NCBI GenBank assembly: GCA_039801285.1
Contig: JBDRUJ010000004.1
Coordinates: 1-32,032, forward strand
Reading direction: 5' to 3'
DNA: 32,032 nucleotides
DNA from: a candidate division WOR-3 bacterium
GTDB lineage: Bacteria > Hydrothermota > Tepidihabitantia > Tepidihabitantales > Tepidihabitantaceae
Position numbers and translations under genes: made by a program. The notes beneath the pieces were generated by a model. That model was not told the origin of the DNA and did not search any database. It worked only from the letters and a program-made list of their open reading frames with translations. This document shows positions 1 to 8,352 of the stretch, one piece after another. Each line of letters starts with the position of its first letter. Position 1 is the stretch's first letter.

Positions 1-1071
1 CTAGCGTAGCAGAATGAGTTTTGTCACCGGTCCGGCAGCACTGCGGATGAAATAGACGCCCGGAGAGAGGTGCCGAGTGCTGTTCGGGCCTGGCTGAAGT
101 CTTGGCACGTGCCGGCCGGAAATATCGTAAAGAGAGGTGCCAACTGCCCAGGAGTGGAGCCGCATCTTTGGGAGTAGTGTGGCACGCATCCTGAATCGCC
201 CCGGCGGGCGATTTTCTTCAACGGCGGCATCCCGCTTGCGGGTGACATAGCACATGATGAAGCCGGAGTCGGTGCGCACCACCGCGGCATCCTTCACGTA
301 ACGGAACTCAAGAGGATTGGTCGAATCAATCTGCAACCGCCAGCCCGGCTCCAGGGTCCAGGTGCCGCCGTCGGCTGAGAAGACCGACTTGATACCACCT
401 GGCGGCATATTTCGGAATCCATAGAACCGGTAGCCACTGTCGAGTGCCAGGCCGTTGGAGAACATCAGACTGTCAATCATCACATCGGGCTGGCGGAGAA
501 AGTTCAGGCCGTCGATGGAATGGGCGTGCCAGTTGGCGTAGGGCGCAGCGCCTCCGGCAAAATACTGAAGCGTCTCGCCAGTCCAGAGGAGCGACGGGTC
601 GAGCACTGGCCAATTGGGCACTTCGAATCGGATGCCGGGCTCAAGCATGAAGTTCCACCCGTCCAGCGAAACTGCCGAATAGGTTTCTGGATTGTGGTCA
701 TTGGTCGGGTCGCCGGTGAAGTAGAGCCGGAAGGTGTCACCAAAGAGAATAATGTCCGGGTCGCAGGGTTTGCCCGGCCAGGTCTCGGCTCCGGGAATAC
801 GGACCTGGTGCCGCTCCCATGAGGTGATGCCGTCCGGGGAGATTGCAACCATGATGCCATCGCGAAACGGGTCCCAGAGTCCCTGGTAGTAAACGTAAAA
901 GCGACCGTCGGGCCCGCGCACCGCGTCCGGCACATCGGCCGAGTCGCAGAAGATGATGTTAGTCCGCTGCCAGTTGATACCGTCGGCTGAGCGGGCGATG
1001 AGAATCCGGTTTTGGAGCGGCTGGGCACCAGCCAGTGCCAGAGCGCAAAATCCGAGTAAAAGACGGTTCAT
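1..1071 (-). CDS. Secreted five-bladed beta-propeller protein (Asp-box-like repeats, possible glycoside hydrolase) with T9SS-like C-terminal domain
   Basis: ATG at 1071 with GGAGG RBS and signal peptide MNRLLLGFCALALAGA. Five SxDG-W/F repeats (SADGINW, SPDGITSW, SLDGWNF, SIDGLNF, SADGGTW). Tail YDISGR...LSPGVYF...KLILLR. Confidence 0.75.
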   Translation of the reverse strand: MNRLLLGFCALALAGAQPLQNRILIARSADGINWQRTNIIFCDSADVPDAVRGPDGRFYVYYQGLWDPFRDGIMVAISPDGITSWERHQVRIPGAETWPGKPCDPDIILFGDTFRLYFTGDPTNDHNPETYSAVSLDGWNFMLEPGIRFEVPNWPVLDPSLLWTGETLQYFAGGAAPYANWHAHSIDGLNFLRQPDVMIDSLMFSNGLALDSGYRFYGFRNMPPGGIKSVFSADGGTWTLEPGWRLQIDSTNPLEFRYVKDAAVVRTDSGFIMCYVTRKRDAAVEENRPPGRFRMRATLLPKMRLHSWAVGTSLYDISGRHVPRLQPGPNSTRHLSPGVYFIRSAAGPVTKLILLR

Positions 1072-1083
1072 CGGCAATCCTCC

Positions 1084-2190
1084 TTATCTGATGACTACCA
1101 ATTTCCAGCGGGCCGGGCCGTCCGGTTTGGTCGGGCAGACGAAATACAGGCCCGGGGCAAGATGGAGACAGGTGCCGGCAGCGATGTCAAGCACCTTCTG
1201 GCCGGTGATGGCGAAGATGGTCAGCGGCTCAGCGCTATTGAGGAGACGAGCGTCGGAGATGAACGATTGATGGGGCACTGAAGACCGATATCCTTGACTT
1301 TCCTTTTCCCCGACTACTTGTCCAAGGCGCTGGGCAAAGAGCTTGGGCTGCCGGTCGCTGGTGAACAGACCGAAGCAGGACTCTTCCGGGCCCCAGTTTT
1401 TCCAGAGGCCATCGAAGGCCTCGAAGTTGCAGAACCTGAGCTGGTTGGTGTCACCGATTGAGTCCAGGAGGCAGAAGAATGTGTCCTGACAGAACTGGTT
1501 TGCCCAGCTCCAATGGGCTGAGTCGCGACTGCCGGTGGGCCAGCCCGCCTCCTTGACCAGCACCGACAGACTGTCACCGGCAAGAGTGGCAATTGAGTCA
1601 AACCGCGCCTTGACCCATAAGGCGGCGGCTCGGGGCGAGGTGATGCCTTCATTTGTCGGATTCATGATGGGGAAAAGGAAGTCACAGTTCTGCAACAGCC
1701 AGTTCCTATACCGAGGATGGTGATACATTGTCCAGTGCTCTGCGGTGGTGACCGGCTTGCCGGTGCTAATGCGGACGGTGTCCATGGCCCATTGCAGATA
1801 AGCCAGGGAACAACGGCCGAAGAACAGGGCTTCGTTGCCGACGCACAGCTTGTCGGCCGGACCGTGCGTGCGCAATGCCCATTCGATTTGCTGTCGGTTG
1901 ACAGTCATATCGGTATCAATCCAGATGCCCATGATGATACTGTCAAAGCCGATTGCCCGGGCATAGCGTGGCACCCGGCAAAGGGAGTCAAGGGTGCCAT
2001 AGGTGACGACACCGCGAAAACCGTAGGCATAAAGGGTCTCAAGGTCCTGCCAGACCAGTGCGCTGTCGGCAATTTGCCCCGGCTGCCACGGATGGGATGG
2101 CGCATAGCCTACCCAACGAAAGGCATAGACCGGACCGATGTAGGTAAGGGAGTTGAGAAGCATCAGCAAAACGAGTGACCGAATGCCCAT
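1084..2190 (-). CDS. Secreted GH17-family beta-1,3-glucanase-like protein with T9SS-like C-terminal domain
   Basis: GH17 motifs VGNE, PVTTAE, KEAGWP, FEAFD and FGLF; signal peptide; tail AITGQKV...LAPGLYFV...KLVVIR. Confidence 0.85.
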   Translation of the reverse strand: MGIRSLVLLMLLNSLTYIGPVYAFRWVGYAPSHPWQPGQIADSALVWQDLETLYAYGFRGVVTYGTLDSLCRVPRYARAIGFDSIIMGIWIDTDMTVNRQQIEWALRTHGPADKLCVGNEALFFGRCSLAYLQWAMDTVRISTGKPVTTAEHWTMYHHPRYRNWLLQNCDFLFPIMNPTNEGITSPRAAALWVKARFDSIATLAGDSLSVLVKEAGWPTGSRDSAHWSWANQFCQDTFFCLLDSIGDTNQLRFCNFEAFDGLWKNWGPEESCFGLFTSDRQPKLFAQRLGQVVGEKESQGYRSSVPHQSFISDARLLNSAEPLTIFAITGQKVLDIAAGTCLHLAPGLYFVCPTKPDGPARWKLVVIR

Positions 2191-2199
2191 TCGGAATCA

Positions 2200-2227
2200 A
2201 AGATACCTACCGCCCGACTGATGTCAA
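2200..2227 (-). promoter_or_regulatory. sigma70-like promoter for the GH17 gene (probably leaderless)
   Basis: TTGACA-16 nt-TATCTT on the minus strand, 9 nt before the ATG at 2190, with no SD. Confidence 0.6.
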
Positions 2228-2307
2228 ATGGCTGGGACGGGACTGTGCCCGGGCATCGTTATCAAAGTGCGGGTATGGGAAAGAAGGTTGCCAATTGCTG
2301 ACAATGC

Positions 2308-2335
2308 TTGACCAACGGGATTTTGCCGCTAATAT
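2308..2335 (+). promoter_or_regulatory. sigma70-like promoter for the Kelch protein gene
   Basis: TTGACC-16 nt-TAATAT; GGAGG RBS before the ATG at 2421. Confidence 0.55.
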
Positions 2336-2420
2336 CACCTGAAGGCAATTGAACTGCGGTTCATTGCTCGGTAAGCCGCCAGCCCTATTGGCGGCATAAA
2401 AACAAATCGGGAGGAAAAGT

Positions 2421-4730
2421 ATGCGTGTAACAGTAACGGTGATAGCCCTGTTTTTGGCGCTGGGCACGGTTCTTGCCAGTTCCCCGGCGACTAATCCAGA
2501 AGAGGCGACACCACAACCGAAGAAGATAAAGCTCTACTACGGCCTGCCCGGGTCCAATGACTTCTTCTGGGCAGACGCGCCCGAAAACCAGCCGGCTGAT
2601 GCCTGGCAGGTTCACAGCGAGCTGCCGGCCCGGATGATGGACAACGCCGCGGCCACCAACGGCAGCCATGTCTATGTCGCGGCCGGATACAACATTGGGA
2701 ATGTCTTCTACCGGCATGACATCAATAGCACCACTTGGGAGACGATGGCTCCGTGCCCACTGGACCTGTGCACCGGTGGTGCGGCAATTATTGGCGACAC
2801 ATTTTACTACTGCGGCGGCTACAGGCAGGGAATGAGCGCCGCGGCCGATACCCTGCTCAAGTACAGCATCAGCGGCAACAACTGGACAGCGGCCCCGGGC
2901 CCGCATCCGGGCTGGGGTTATAACTGGTCGCCGACCGTTGTGGCCTGTGCCGGCAAGCTCTATTACTGCTCAGGCTGCAGTGTTCCCGGTGCGACAGCGC
3001 CAACCCGGAGGGTCTGGTGCTACACACCGGGTGCGGGCTGGTCTCAGGTTGCCAGCATGAACCAGGGCCGGGTATTTGCCAATGCGGTGGCCTATCATGA
3101 CACCATCTGGGTTGCCGGCGGCATCGCCGACAATGTGGCGCTGAGCCACACCGAGTTCTATGACCCGGTGGCCGACACCTGGATTGTGGACAATTCGGTC
3201 TTTCCACAGATGCCCCAGGGTCGGTGGGGCGCAGCCTGTGGTCTAGCCTGTGAGAAGATGTTCATTGCCACCGGTGTCCTTCCCAACATGAGCCTGACCG
3301 ACAGCACCTTCTACTTCGACTTTCGCACCAGGAGCTGGTCGGTGGAGGACGGTATTCCCTTGCGGGTTTATCGGACTGTCGGCTGCGGGACACCCAACGA
3401 CCGGGCCCATGTCTATGGTGGCTCAATCGTTGGTTTCAACCCGACCGACACCTGCCAGTACACCGTTCTGACACCACCGGCGCCAAACGATGTCGGTCTT
3501 TTGACGATTGTCAAGCCCGGCTCAGTGGTGCGGCCCGGTGAGCCTTTGGCACCCGAGGCGGTGATAAAGAACTTCGGGACAAATCCTGCCTCAAACATCC
3601 CGGTCTATTGCCGTATTGACTCAGCGGGAAACCAGGTCTATTCCGCGAACCTGACTTATCCGGGACCTCTTGCCCCGGGCGGAAGAGCCAATGTTGTCTT
3701 CAGCCCGAACTGGATACCAGGGCCCCTGGGCGCAACCTACAATGTCAGAATGTGGACCGCACTCGCCAACGACACCAACCGCGCCAACGACACCCTGACA
3801 AGGCAGACCCGCTCTTCAGACCAGCTTGTCGTCCTCTGGCTCTACTCCGACTACAGTCAGCCCGACACCACCCTCGGGGTCCGGCTGCTGGCCTTGGGTG
3901 ACAGCCTGGTGTATATGTATGTCCAGAACACAACGCCGACGATTGAGCAGCTTCTACCATATGCGGCGGTTGGTGCCCACTCCAACTACCCCTATGCCGA
4001 CCCAACCGCACTGGGCAATGTCCTCGCGGCCTATGTTGACTTGGGCGGTGGTGTAGTGCTGGGGAATTTCAGCTTTACCGAAGGCTGGGCAATGGGCGGT
4101 CAAATCATGACCGGCAACTATGCCACAATCGGAGCCGGTGCTAACACCCATCTCACAACCACCCTCGGCTGGTTCAATCCAAGCCATCCGGTGATGGCCG
4201 GTGTTGATTCGGTGCGGGAGTACTATGCGGCATCGGGCTATTTCATCAGCACCGATACGGTGGCAAGATGGGCTGATGGCCGACCTTATGTGGCGGTGAG
4301 CGCCAATCAGAAGGTTGTCGGCGTGAACAGCTATCCGGGAATCTACTCTATGAGTCCGCCGCAGCGGGGTGGTGACTGGGCACTGGTCTTCCACAATGCT
4401 CTGCGGTTTGTCGCGGGCATGGTCGGGGTCAATGAGTTCGACCCGCTCCGGCCCGCCCTGAATGTCCGGCTGGTGACCTCACCAAATCCGGTCCAGAAGC
4501 GGCTGGTGGTGAACTACGCGGTTGCTGGTGGCACCAGGGTGGAGCTCGGCATGTTTGACCTGAACGGCCGGCTGGTGCGGCGGCTTTACAGTGGCAACGG
4601 TCGTTCTGGAATAAATCAGGTTGTCTGGGACATGACCGATGACCAGGGCAGTCGAGTTGCCGCAGGTGTTTACTTCTGCAAGCTCACTACCGGTGACAAA
4701 ACCGCAACCGCCAAGGTTGTCGTAGAATAA
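2421..4730 (+). CDS. Secreted Kelch-repeat / CARDB-like Ig / alpha-beta domain protein with FlgD-Ig (T9SS-like) C-terminal domain
   Basis: Signal peptide; about six Kelch repeats (YVAAG, YYCGG, YYCSG, WVAGG); CARDB-like segment (NDVG...IKNFG...NRANDT); tail SPNP...FDLNGRLVRRL...WD...GVYF...KVVVE. Confidence 0.85.
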   Translation: MRVTVTVIALFLALGTVLASSPATNPEEATPQPKKIKLYYGLPGSNDFFWADAPENQPADAWQVHSELPARMMDNAAATNGSHVYVAAGYNIGNVFYRHDINSTTWETMAPCPLDLCTGGAAIIGDTFYYCGGYRQGMSAAADTLLKYSISGNNWTAAPGPHPGWGYNWSPTVVACAGKLYYCSGCSVPGATAPTRRVWCYTPGAGWSQVASMNQGRVFANAVAYHDTIWVAGGIADNVALSHTEFYDPVADTWIVDNSVFPQMPQGRWGAACGLACEKMFIATGVLPNMSLTDSTFYFDFRTRSWSVEDGIPLRVYRTVGCGTPNDRAHVYGGSIVGFNPTDTCQYTVLTPPAPNDVGLLTIVKPGSVVRPGEPLAPEAVIKNFGTNPASNIPVYCRIDSAGNQVYSANLTYPGPLAPGGRANVVFSPNWIPGPLGATYNVRMWTALANDTNRANDTLTRQTRSSDQLVVLWLYSDYSQPDTTLGVRLLALGDSLVYMYVQNTTPTIEQLLPYAAVGAHSNYPYADPTALGNVLAAYVDLGGGVVLGNFSFTEGWAMGGQIMTGNYATIGAGANTHLTTTLGWFNPSHPVMAGVDSVREYYAASGYFISTDTVARWADGRPYVAVSANQKVVGVNSYPGIYSMSPPQRGGDWALVFHNALRFVAGMVGVNEFDPLRPALNVRLVTSPNPVQKRLVVNYAVAGGTRVELGMFDLNGRLVRRLYSGNGRSGINQVVWDMTDDQGSRVAAGVYFCKLTTGDKTATAKVVVE

Positions 4731-4746
4731 GCCCGGGCATAACTCA

Positions 4747-4779
4747 AGCGGCCGCCCCAAAATGGGCGGCCGCTCTTTT
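4747..4779 (+). terminator. Intrinsic terminator between convergent genes
   Basis: Perfect 11-bp stem AGCGGCCGCCC-caaaat-GGGCGGCCGCT followed by CTTTT. Confidence 0.8.
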
Positions 4780-4790
4780 ACTGGAGGATA

Positions 4791-5117
4791 TCAGTCGAGG
4801 AGCGAGGTCAGCCTGGCGGCAAGGTCGGACTCGGGAAGATAGCCGACAAGCCTTTCCTGTTCCTTCCCTTCCTTGAAGATAATCAGGGTCGGGATGCTAA
4901 GGATGCCGAACTGGGCCGCAGTCTGGGGATTCTCATCGGTGTTGAGCTTGCAGACCTTGAGTCGGCCCTCGAATCTTGTTGCGATGGCATCAATAACCGG
5001 TGCCATCATACGACATGGGCCGCACCACGGTGCCCAGAAGTCAACCAGGACAGGGCCTTGCGTCTCCAGAACCTCGGCCTTGAAGTTGTTATCGGTCAGG
5101 TGTTTCACTTCAGCCAT
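4791..5117 (-). CDS. trxA: Thioredoxin
   Basis: 108 aa; [10 protein letters not shown] active site, SIPT cis-Pro motif, GGAGG RBS. Confidence 0.97.
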   Translation of the reverse strand: MAEVKHLTDNNFKAEVLETQGPVLVDFWAPWCGPCRMMAPVIDAIATRFEGRLKVCKLNTDENPQTAAQFGILSIPTLIIFKEGKEQERLVGYLPESDLAARLTSLLD

Positions 5118-5135
5118 TGTGTTGTGCCTCCTTGG

Positions 5136-5960
5136 TTAGCGGGCCCGAATCGTGATGTCACCATTAGTAGTTCTGATGGTGACCGGCGCGGCGCCGGACC
5201 CGATGCGCGCCCGCTGGTGATTTCTTTCCTGTAGCTCATAAGTTATTGGTGAAAACCCGGTGATGGTTACAGCGCCATTGGTGGTCTGGGCGTCAACTGT
5301 TGCCGAGATGTCGGCAGGCACAAGGAGCGCCACCTTGGCGTTGGTTGTGCGCAGGGCGGCACTGTCGGTAGGGCTGAGCTCAGCCAGGTCGCATTCAATT
5401 GTTCCGTTAGAGGTCTGAATGTTCACCGGCCCGCGATGGACCTGAACCGTTATTGGGCTATTGGTTGTGGAAAGCCGGGCAGCACCTCTGGTTCCGGTCA
5501 GGGTGATTGGGCCGTTGCTGGTGGTTACCGTGATGCCGCCGGTCATCCCGCTGACGGTGACCTGAGCATTGGTGGTGTTGAGACGGAGCCCGGTTCCCTC
5601 AGGCGCGCTGGCCGAAAACTGTACGCCGCAGGCGCTGCGGACTTTCGGCAACTGGGCGGTCAGGTGCCAGGTGGTGCCAATCACCGTGTCAGTGATGACA
5701 ATATTATTGAGGGTCCGGCTGGCGTCGGTGCTGTCTCGGCCCCAGGCATAGGGTGTAATAGTAACTGCGACGAGGCTGTCGGTTGTGGCACTAACGTTTA
5801 TTTCACCATTGCCCGATGTCAGTTCCAGCTCATTGATTAGGATTGCACGGCGTGTTCGGGTTTCGGTTCGTTCCAGCCGGTAGGTGTAGAGGCAGCCGAA
5901 GAGAAACAGCCCGGCAGTCAGGAGAAAGGCGCAGGAGCGGCGCACCACTGGGTTATTCAT
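5136..5960 (-). CDS. DUF4097-like beta-strand-repeat lipoprotein
   Basis: Lipobox LFLFGC and repeated TTNG/TSNG-x-I/V units. Confidence 0.8.
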   Translation of the reverse strand: MNNPVVRRSCAFLLTAGLFLFGCLYTYRLERTETRTRRAILINELELTSGNGEINVSATTDSLVAVTITPYAWGRDSTDASRTLNNIVITDTVIGTTWHLTAQLPKVRSACGVQFSASAPEGTGLRLNTTNAQVTVSGMTGGITVTTSNGPITLTGTRGAARLSTTNSPITVQVHRGPVNIQTSNGTIECDLAELSPTDSAALRTTNAKVALLVPADISATVDAQTTNGAVTITGFSPITYELQERNHQRARIGSGAAPVTIRTTNGDITIRAR

Positions 5961-6654
5961 AGGGCGAAAAACTGCTCATTTCGGTCCGGGGAATCAGCAG
6001 GAGGCCGATGGAGAAGAAGGGACCGCCCAGTCTGGTTCTTGGAGTGTCTGTGACATCGGAGCCGTTGGGAAGATGCCAGGTCGGCAAAAACGGCGAATAG
6101 AGATAGCCGGCACGCAAAGCAACACCATAGGATGCCTGCTTTGTTGGATAGGAGAGACCCAGCTCCAGAGCCGCAAGCCCAGTGGCCTTCATCCCCGAGG
6201 CAATGAGTGCCACCTGTCCCGGTGCTGCCAGAAGGCTGTCAAGGTTCAGGTCGCCGGTCCGCTTCCGGAGACTGAAGGACTGGCTCAGCCCGCCCAGCCC
6301 GATGAGGGGAACGATGTTCAGAAACCGGAGTGGTGCGATATTCAGGCCCAGCTCGCCGAAAAGGGCGGTTGCCTCGGTGCGGAGCTGGAAGATGTCATTC
6401 TCGGCATCGTCCCAGGTGCGGAAGAACAAGGGTCCGAAAAGAAAGTGTCCTGAGACTGAACGGAGCTCCACGCCCCATCCATAGTGACGGAGACCGGCCT
6501 CGGGCAGGTTGTGCTGGGCAAACCGGAGATTGAATGGTTCGATGGCGGGCTGATAGGCACAGGCAAAGGGAATCAGCCAACCCTCGGCCGACTCCTGGGC
6601 CGGAAGACGGGCGCCGATGGAAAGCAAAAGAAGAGGCAAAAGAGTCACCCGCAT
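5953..6654 (-). CDS. Hypothetical exported protein, probable outer-membrane beta-barrel
   Basis: Signal peptide and alternating amphipathic strands (YGWGVEL, YGVALRAGY, FFSIGL); overlaps the downstream gene by 8 nt. Confidence 0.65.
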   Translation of the reverse strand: MRVTLLPLLLLSIGARLPAQESAEGWLIPFACAYQPAIEPFNLRFAQHNLPEAGLRHYGWGVELRSVSGHFLFGPLFFRTWDDAENDIFQLRTEATALFGELGLNIAPLRFLNIVPLIGLGGLSQSFSLRKRTGDLNLDSLLAAPGQVALIASGMKATGLAALELGLSYPTKQASYGVALRAGYLYSPFLPTWHLPNGSDVTDTPRTRLGGPFFSIGLLLIPRTEMSSFSPYE

Positions 6655-6667
6655 CAGATTGAAACTC

Positions 6668-6695
6668 AGTATAGAGCCGGAGCGGGTAAAGTCAA
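6668..6695 (-). promoter_or_regulatory. sigma70-like promoter of the barrel-DUF4097-trxA unit
   Basis: TTGACT-16 nt-TATACT, 13 nt before the ATG at 6654. Confidence 0.65.
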
Positions 6696-6706
6696 TTGAG
6701 CGTTGC

Positions 6707-6735
6707 TTGACTGGCAGGTGGTTGGGAAGTATCTT
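6707..6735 (+). promoter_or_regulatory. Divergent sigma70-like promoter
   Basis: TTGACT-17 nt-TATCTT; AGGAG RBS before 6771. Confidence 0.55.
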
Positions 6736-6770
6736 AGTAATAGTGCAAGCTAAAACCAGGAGCGTGAATC

Positions 6771-7604
6771 ATGAAACAGACTGTAGTCAGTCTGGCGTTG
6801 CTGTTCATATTATATAACGGGGCACCGGCTACACCTCTGCTTTACCGCACCGGCACAACCCTGAAACCCCTTCAGGTAAACGCCTGGGTAAATTTCTACT
6901 ATGGGAAGACGGTGAAGGGCTTTTCCTGGGCTGACAGCCAGTACTATCCCCTGCCGGAGAGTCTCCGGACCTCTGTTCTGGGCGCGGAGGTGATGGCCGC
7001 GGCCGGGCTGCCGTTCAAGACGGAGCTGGGCTTAGTTGCGCCAGTGTCGTCACGGAAGAAGGGTGACAACAGCGCGGCCGGGCTGGGTGATGTGATGGTG
7101 ACATTGCGGCATGGGCTCTTGCAGAGTGGGCTGATGCCGGTGAAATTAGCCTGGGGTCTGGCGACAAATCTGCCCACCGCCCAGGAGGGTGCCAATCCGA
7201 GTCTCGGCGACAGGACATTTGATGTTGCCCTGGGCCTCTGGGCCAATACGATGAAGCTGGGCATGGTGGTCGGACATCTGCGGGCCGGCTACTGGTTCAA
7301 CGGCAAGACGTCGGATGGGGTCAAGGTCGGCAACATGCTGGAGTATCTGGTCAACCTAGACTTGGCGCTGCCCGGCATGTTCACGCCCCAACTTGCCTTC
7401 TCCGGCTACAGTCAGAGTCCGGACCAGCATGGCGGCAGCGCACACCAGCGATGGTATAATGCGGCGACGGTGCTGCTGTTGTGCCGGCCGGTTCCGATGC
7501 TGGTTCTCAGACCCAAGGCGACATTCCCCCTGGCATCCATGAGTCGGGGTGGCGCACTGGCCGACTATATCCTGGGGCTTGATGTCTGGGCGACGGTGCC
7601 GTGA
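6771..7604 (+). CDS. Outer-membrane beta-barrel protein (MetA-pathway/SphA 'transporter'-like)
   Basis: Signal peptide; GLGD...LPT...LG motif spacing typical of this barrel family; C-terminal strand YILGLDVW. Confidence 0.65.
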   Translation: MKQTVVSLALLFILYNGAPATPLLYRTGTTLKPLQVNAWVNFYYGKTVKGFSWADSQYYPLPESLRTSVLGAEVMAAAGLPFKTELGLVAPVSSRKKGDNSAAGLGDVMVTLRHGLLQSGLMPVKLAWGLATNLPTAQEGANPSLGDRTFDVALGLWANTMKLGMVVGHLRAGYWFNGKTSDGVKVGNMLEYLVNLDLALPGMFTPQLAFSGYSQSPDQHGGSAHQRWYNAATVLLLCRPVPMLVLRPKATFPLASMSRGGALADYILGLDVWATVP

Positions 7605-7644
7605 AGATGATAGTCTGGAATCAAAAGAACCGATAGGAGGATAA

Positions 7645-7806
7645 ATGGGTTCGAAGACGGGCGATGTGCTCTATTGCAGCGAGTGCGGCCTTGAGGTGAC
7701 GGTCTCCAAGGCCTGCGGCTGCGGTGACGAGTGCGTCATCATGTGCTGCGAAAAGCCGATGCAGAAGAAGGGCGCAGACCGGCCCAGAAGCTACTGCGGC
7801 CGTTAG
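7645..7806 (+). CDS. 53-aa Cys-rich desulforedoxin-like metal-binding microprotein (absent from the ORF track)
   Basis: AGGAGG RBS. My translation is MGSKTGDVLYCSECGLEVTVSKACGCGDECVIMCCEKPMQKKGADRPRSYCGR. CxxCG...CCxxPM matches the desulforedoxin pattern, and a terminator follows. Confidence 0.85.
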   Translation: MGSKTGDVLYCSECGLEVTVSKACGCGDECVIMCCEKPMQKKGADRPRSYCGR

Positions 7807-7824
7807 CACGCACAAGCGGGAAAT

Positions 7825-7856
7825 GCCCGGCGCCGTTTGGCGTCGGGCTTTCCTTT
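7825..7856 (+). terminator. Intrinsic terminator
   Basis: Stem GCCCGGCGCC-gttt-GGCGTCGGGC followed by TTTCCTTT. Confidence 0.7.
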
Positions 7857-7869
7857 CGCTCCCAGGCAC

Positions 7870-7898
7870 TTGACAACACCCGCCGCTCAACCTAAGCT
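7870..7898 (+). promoter_or_regulatory. sigma70-like promoter, leaderless
   Basis: TTGACA-17 nt-TAAGCT, 7 nt before the ATG at 7906. Confidence 0.6.
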
Positions 7899-7905
7899 GA
7901 CAGCG

Positions 7906-8352
7906 ATGAACCAGGCCCCAGCCCGGATAATTGATGTCAACCTGAACCGGCTGACCGAGGCGTTGAAGGTCCTCGAGGATGTTGTCCGGTTCGCGACCGA
8001 GAAGCGGCTGCTGCTGAGGCGCATCAGGGCGCTCCGACAAGAGGTGAACCGCAGGACAAGACCGTTGCGGCGCGGGGTAATCGCCAGCCGGCAGAGTGAG
8101 CGCGACCCGGGTCGGGGCGACCGGTTTGACCGGACAAGGCGCAAGAGCCTGGAGGATGTGCTCATGGCCAACTTCAAGCGGGCTGAGGAGGCGGCAAGGG
8201 TCCTGGAGGAGCTCTTCAAGATGTCAGCGGCAGGCGGCAGACGGAAAGCAGCGGGCAGGATGCGGAATTGGCCAGCCTGGTTCAAGGAGGTCAGGTTCCG
8301 GCTGTACGACCTGGAGAAGGTGGCAGTAGCAGAAGAGGAGGAGGTAAGATGA
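7906..8352 (+). CDS. Stand-alone ThiD2-family protein (domain otherwise fused N-terminally to ThiE)
   Basis: RIIDVNLNRLTEALKVLEDVVRF, RDPG, ANFKRAEEAARVLEE and RFRLYDLEK match the family pattern. Confidence 0.8.
   Translation: MNQAPARIIDVNLNRLTEALKVLEDVVRFATEKRLLLRRIRALRQEVNRRTRPLRRGVIASRQSERDPGRGDRFDRTRRKSLEDVLMANFKRAEEAARVLEELFKMSAAGGRRKAAGRMRNWPAWFKEVRFRLYDLEKVAVAEEEEVR
8227..8268 (+). repeat. Degenerate heptamer array inside the ThiD2 gene
   Basis: gcggcag gcggcag acggaaa gcagcgg gcaggat gcggaat; 42 nt encoding AAGGRRKAAGRMRN. Confidence 0.6.

Noticed and set aside
7621-8040. 139-aa minus-strand ORF
   Set aside because: It overlaps the better-supported Cys-rich ORF, terminator, promoter and ThiD2 gene on the plus strand.
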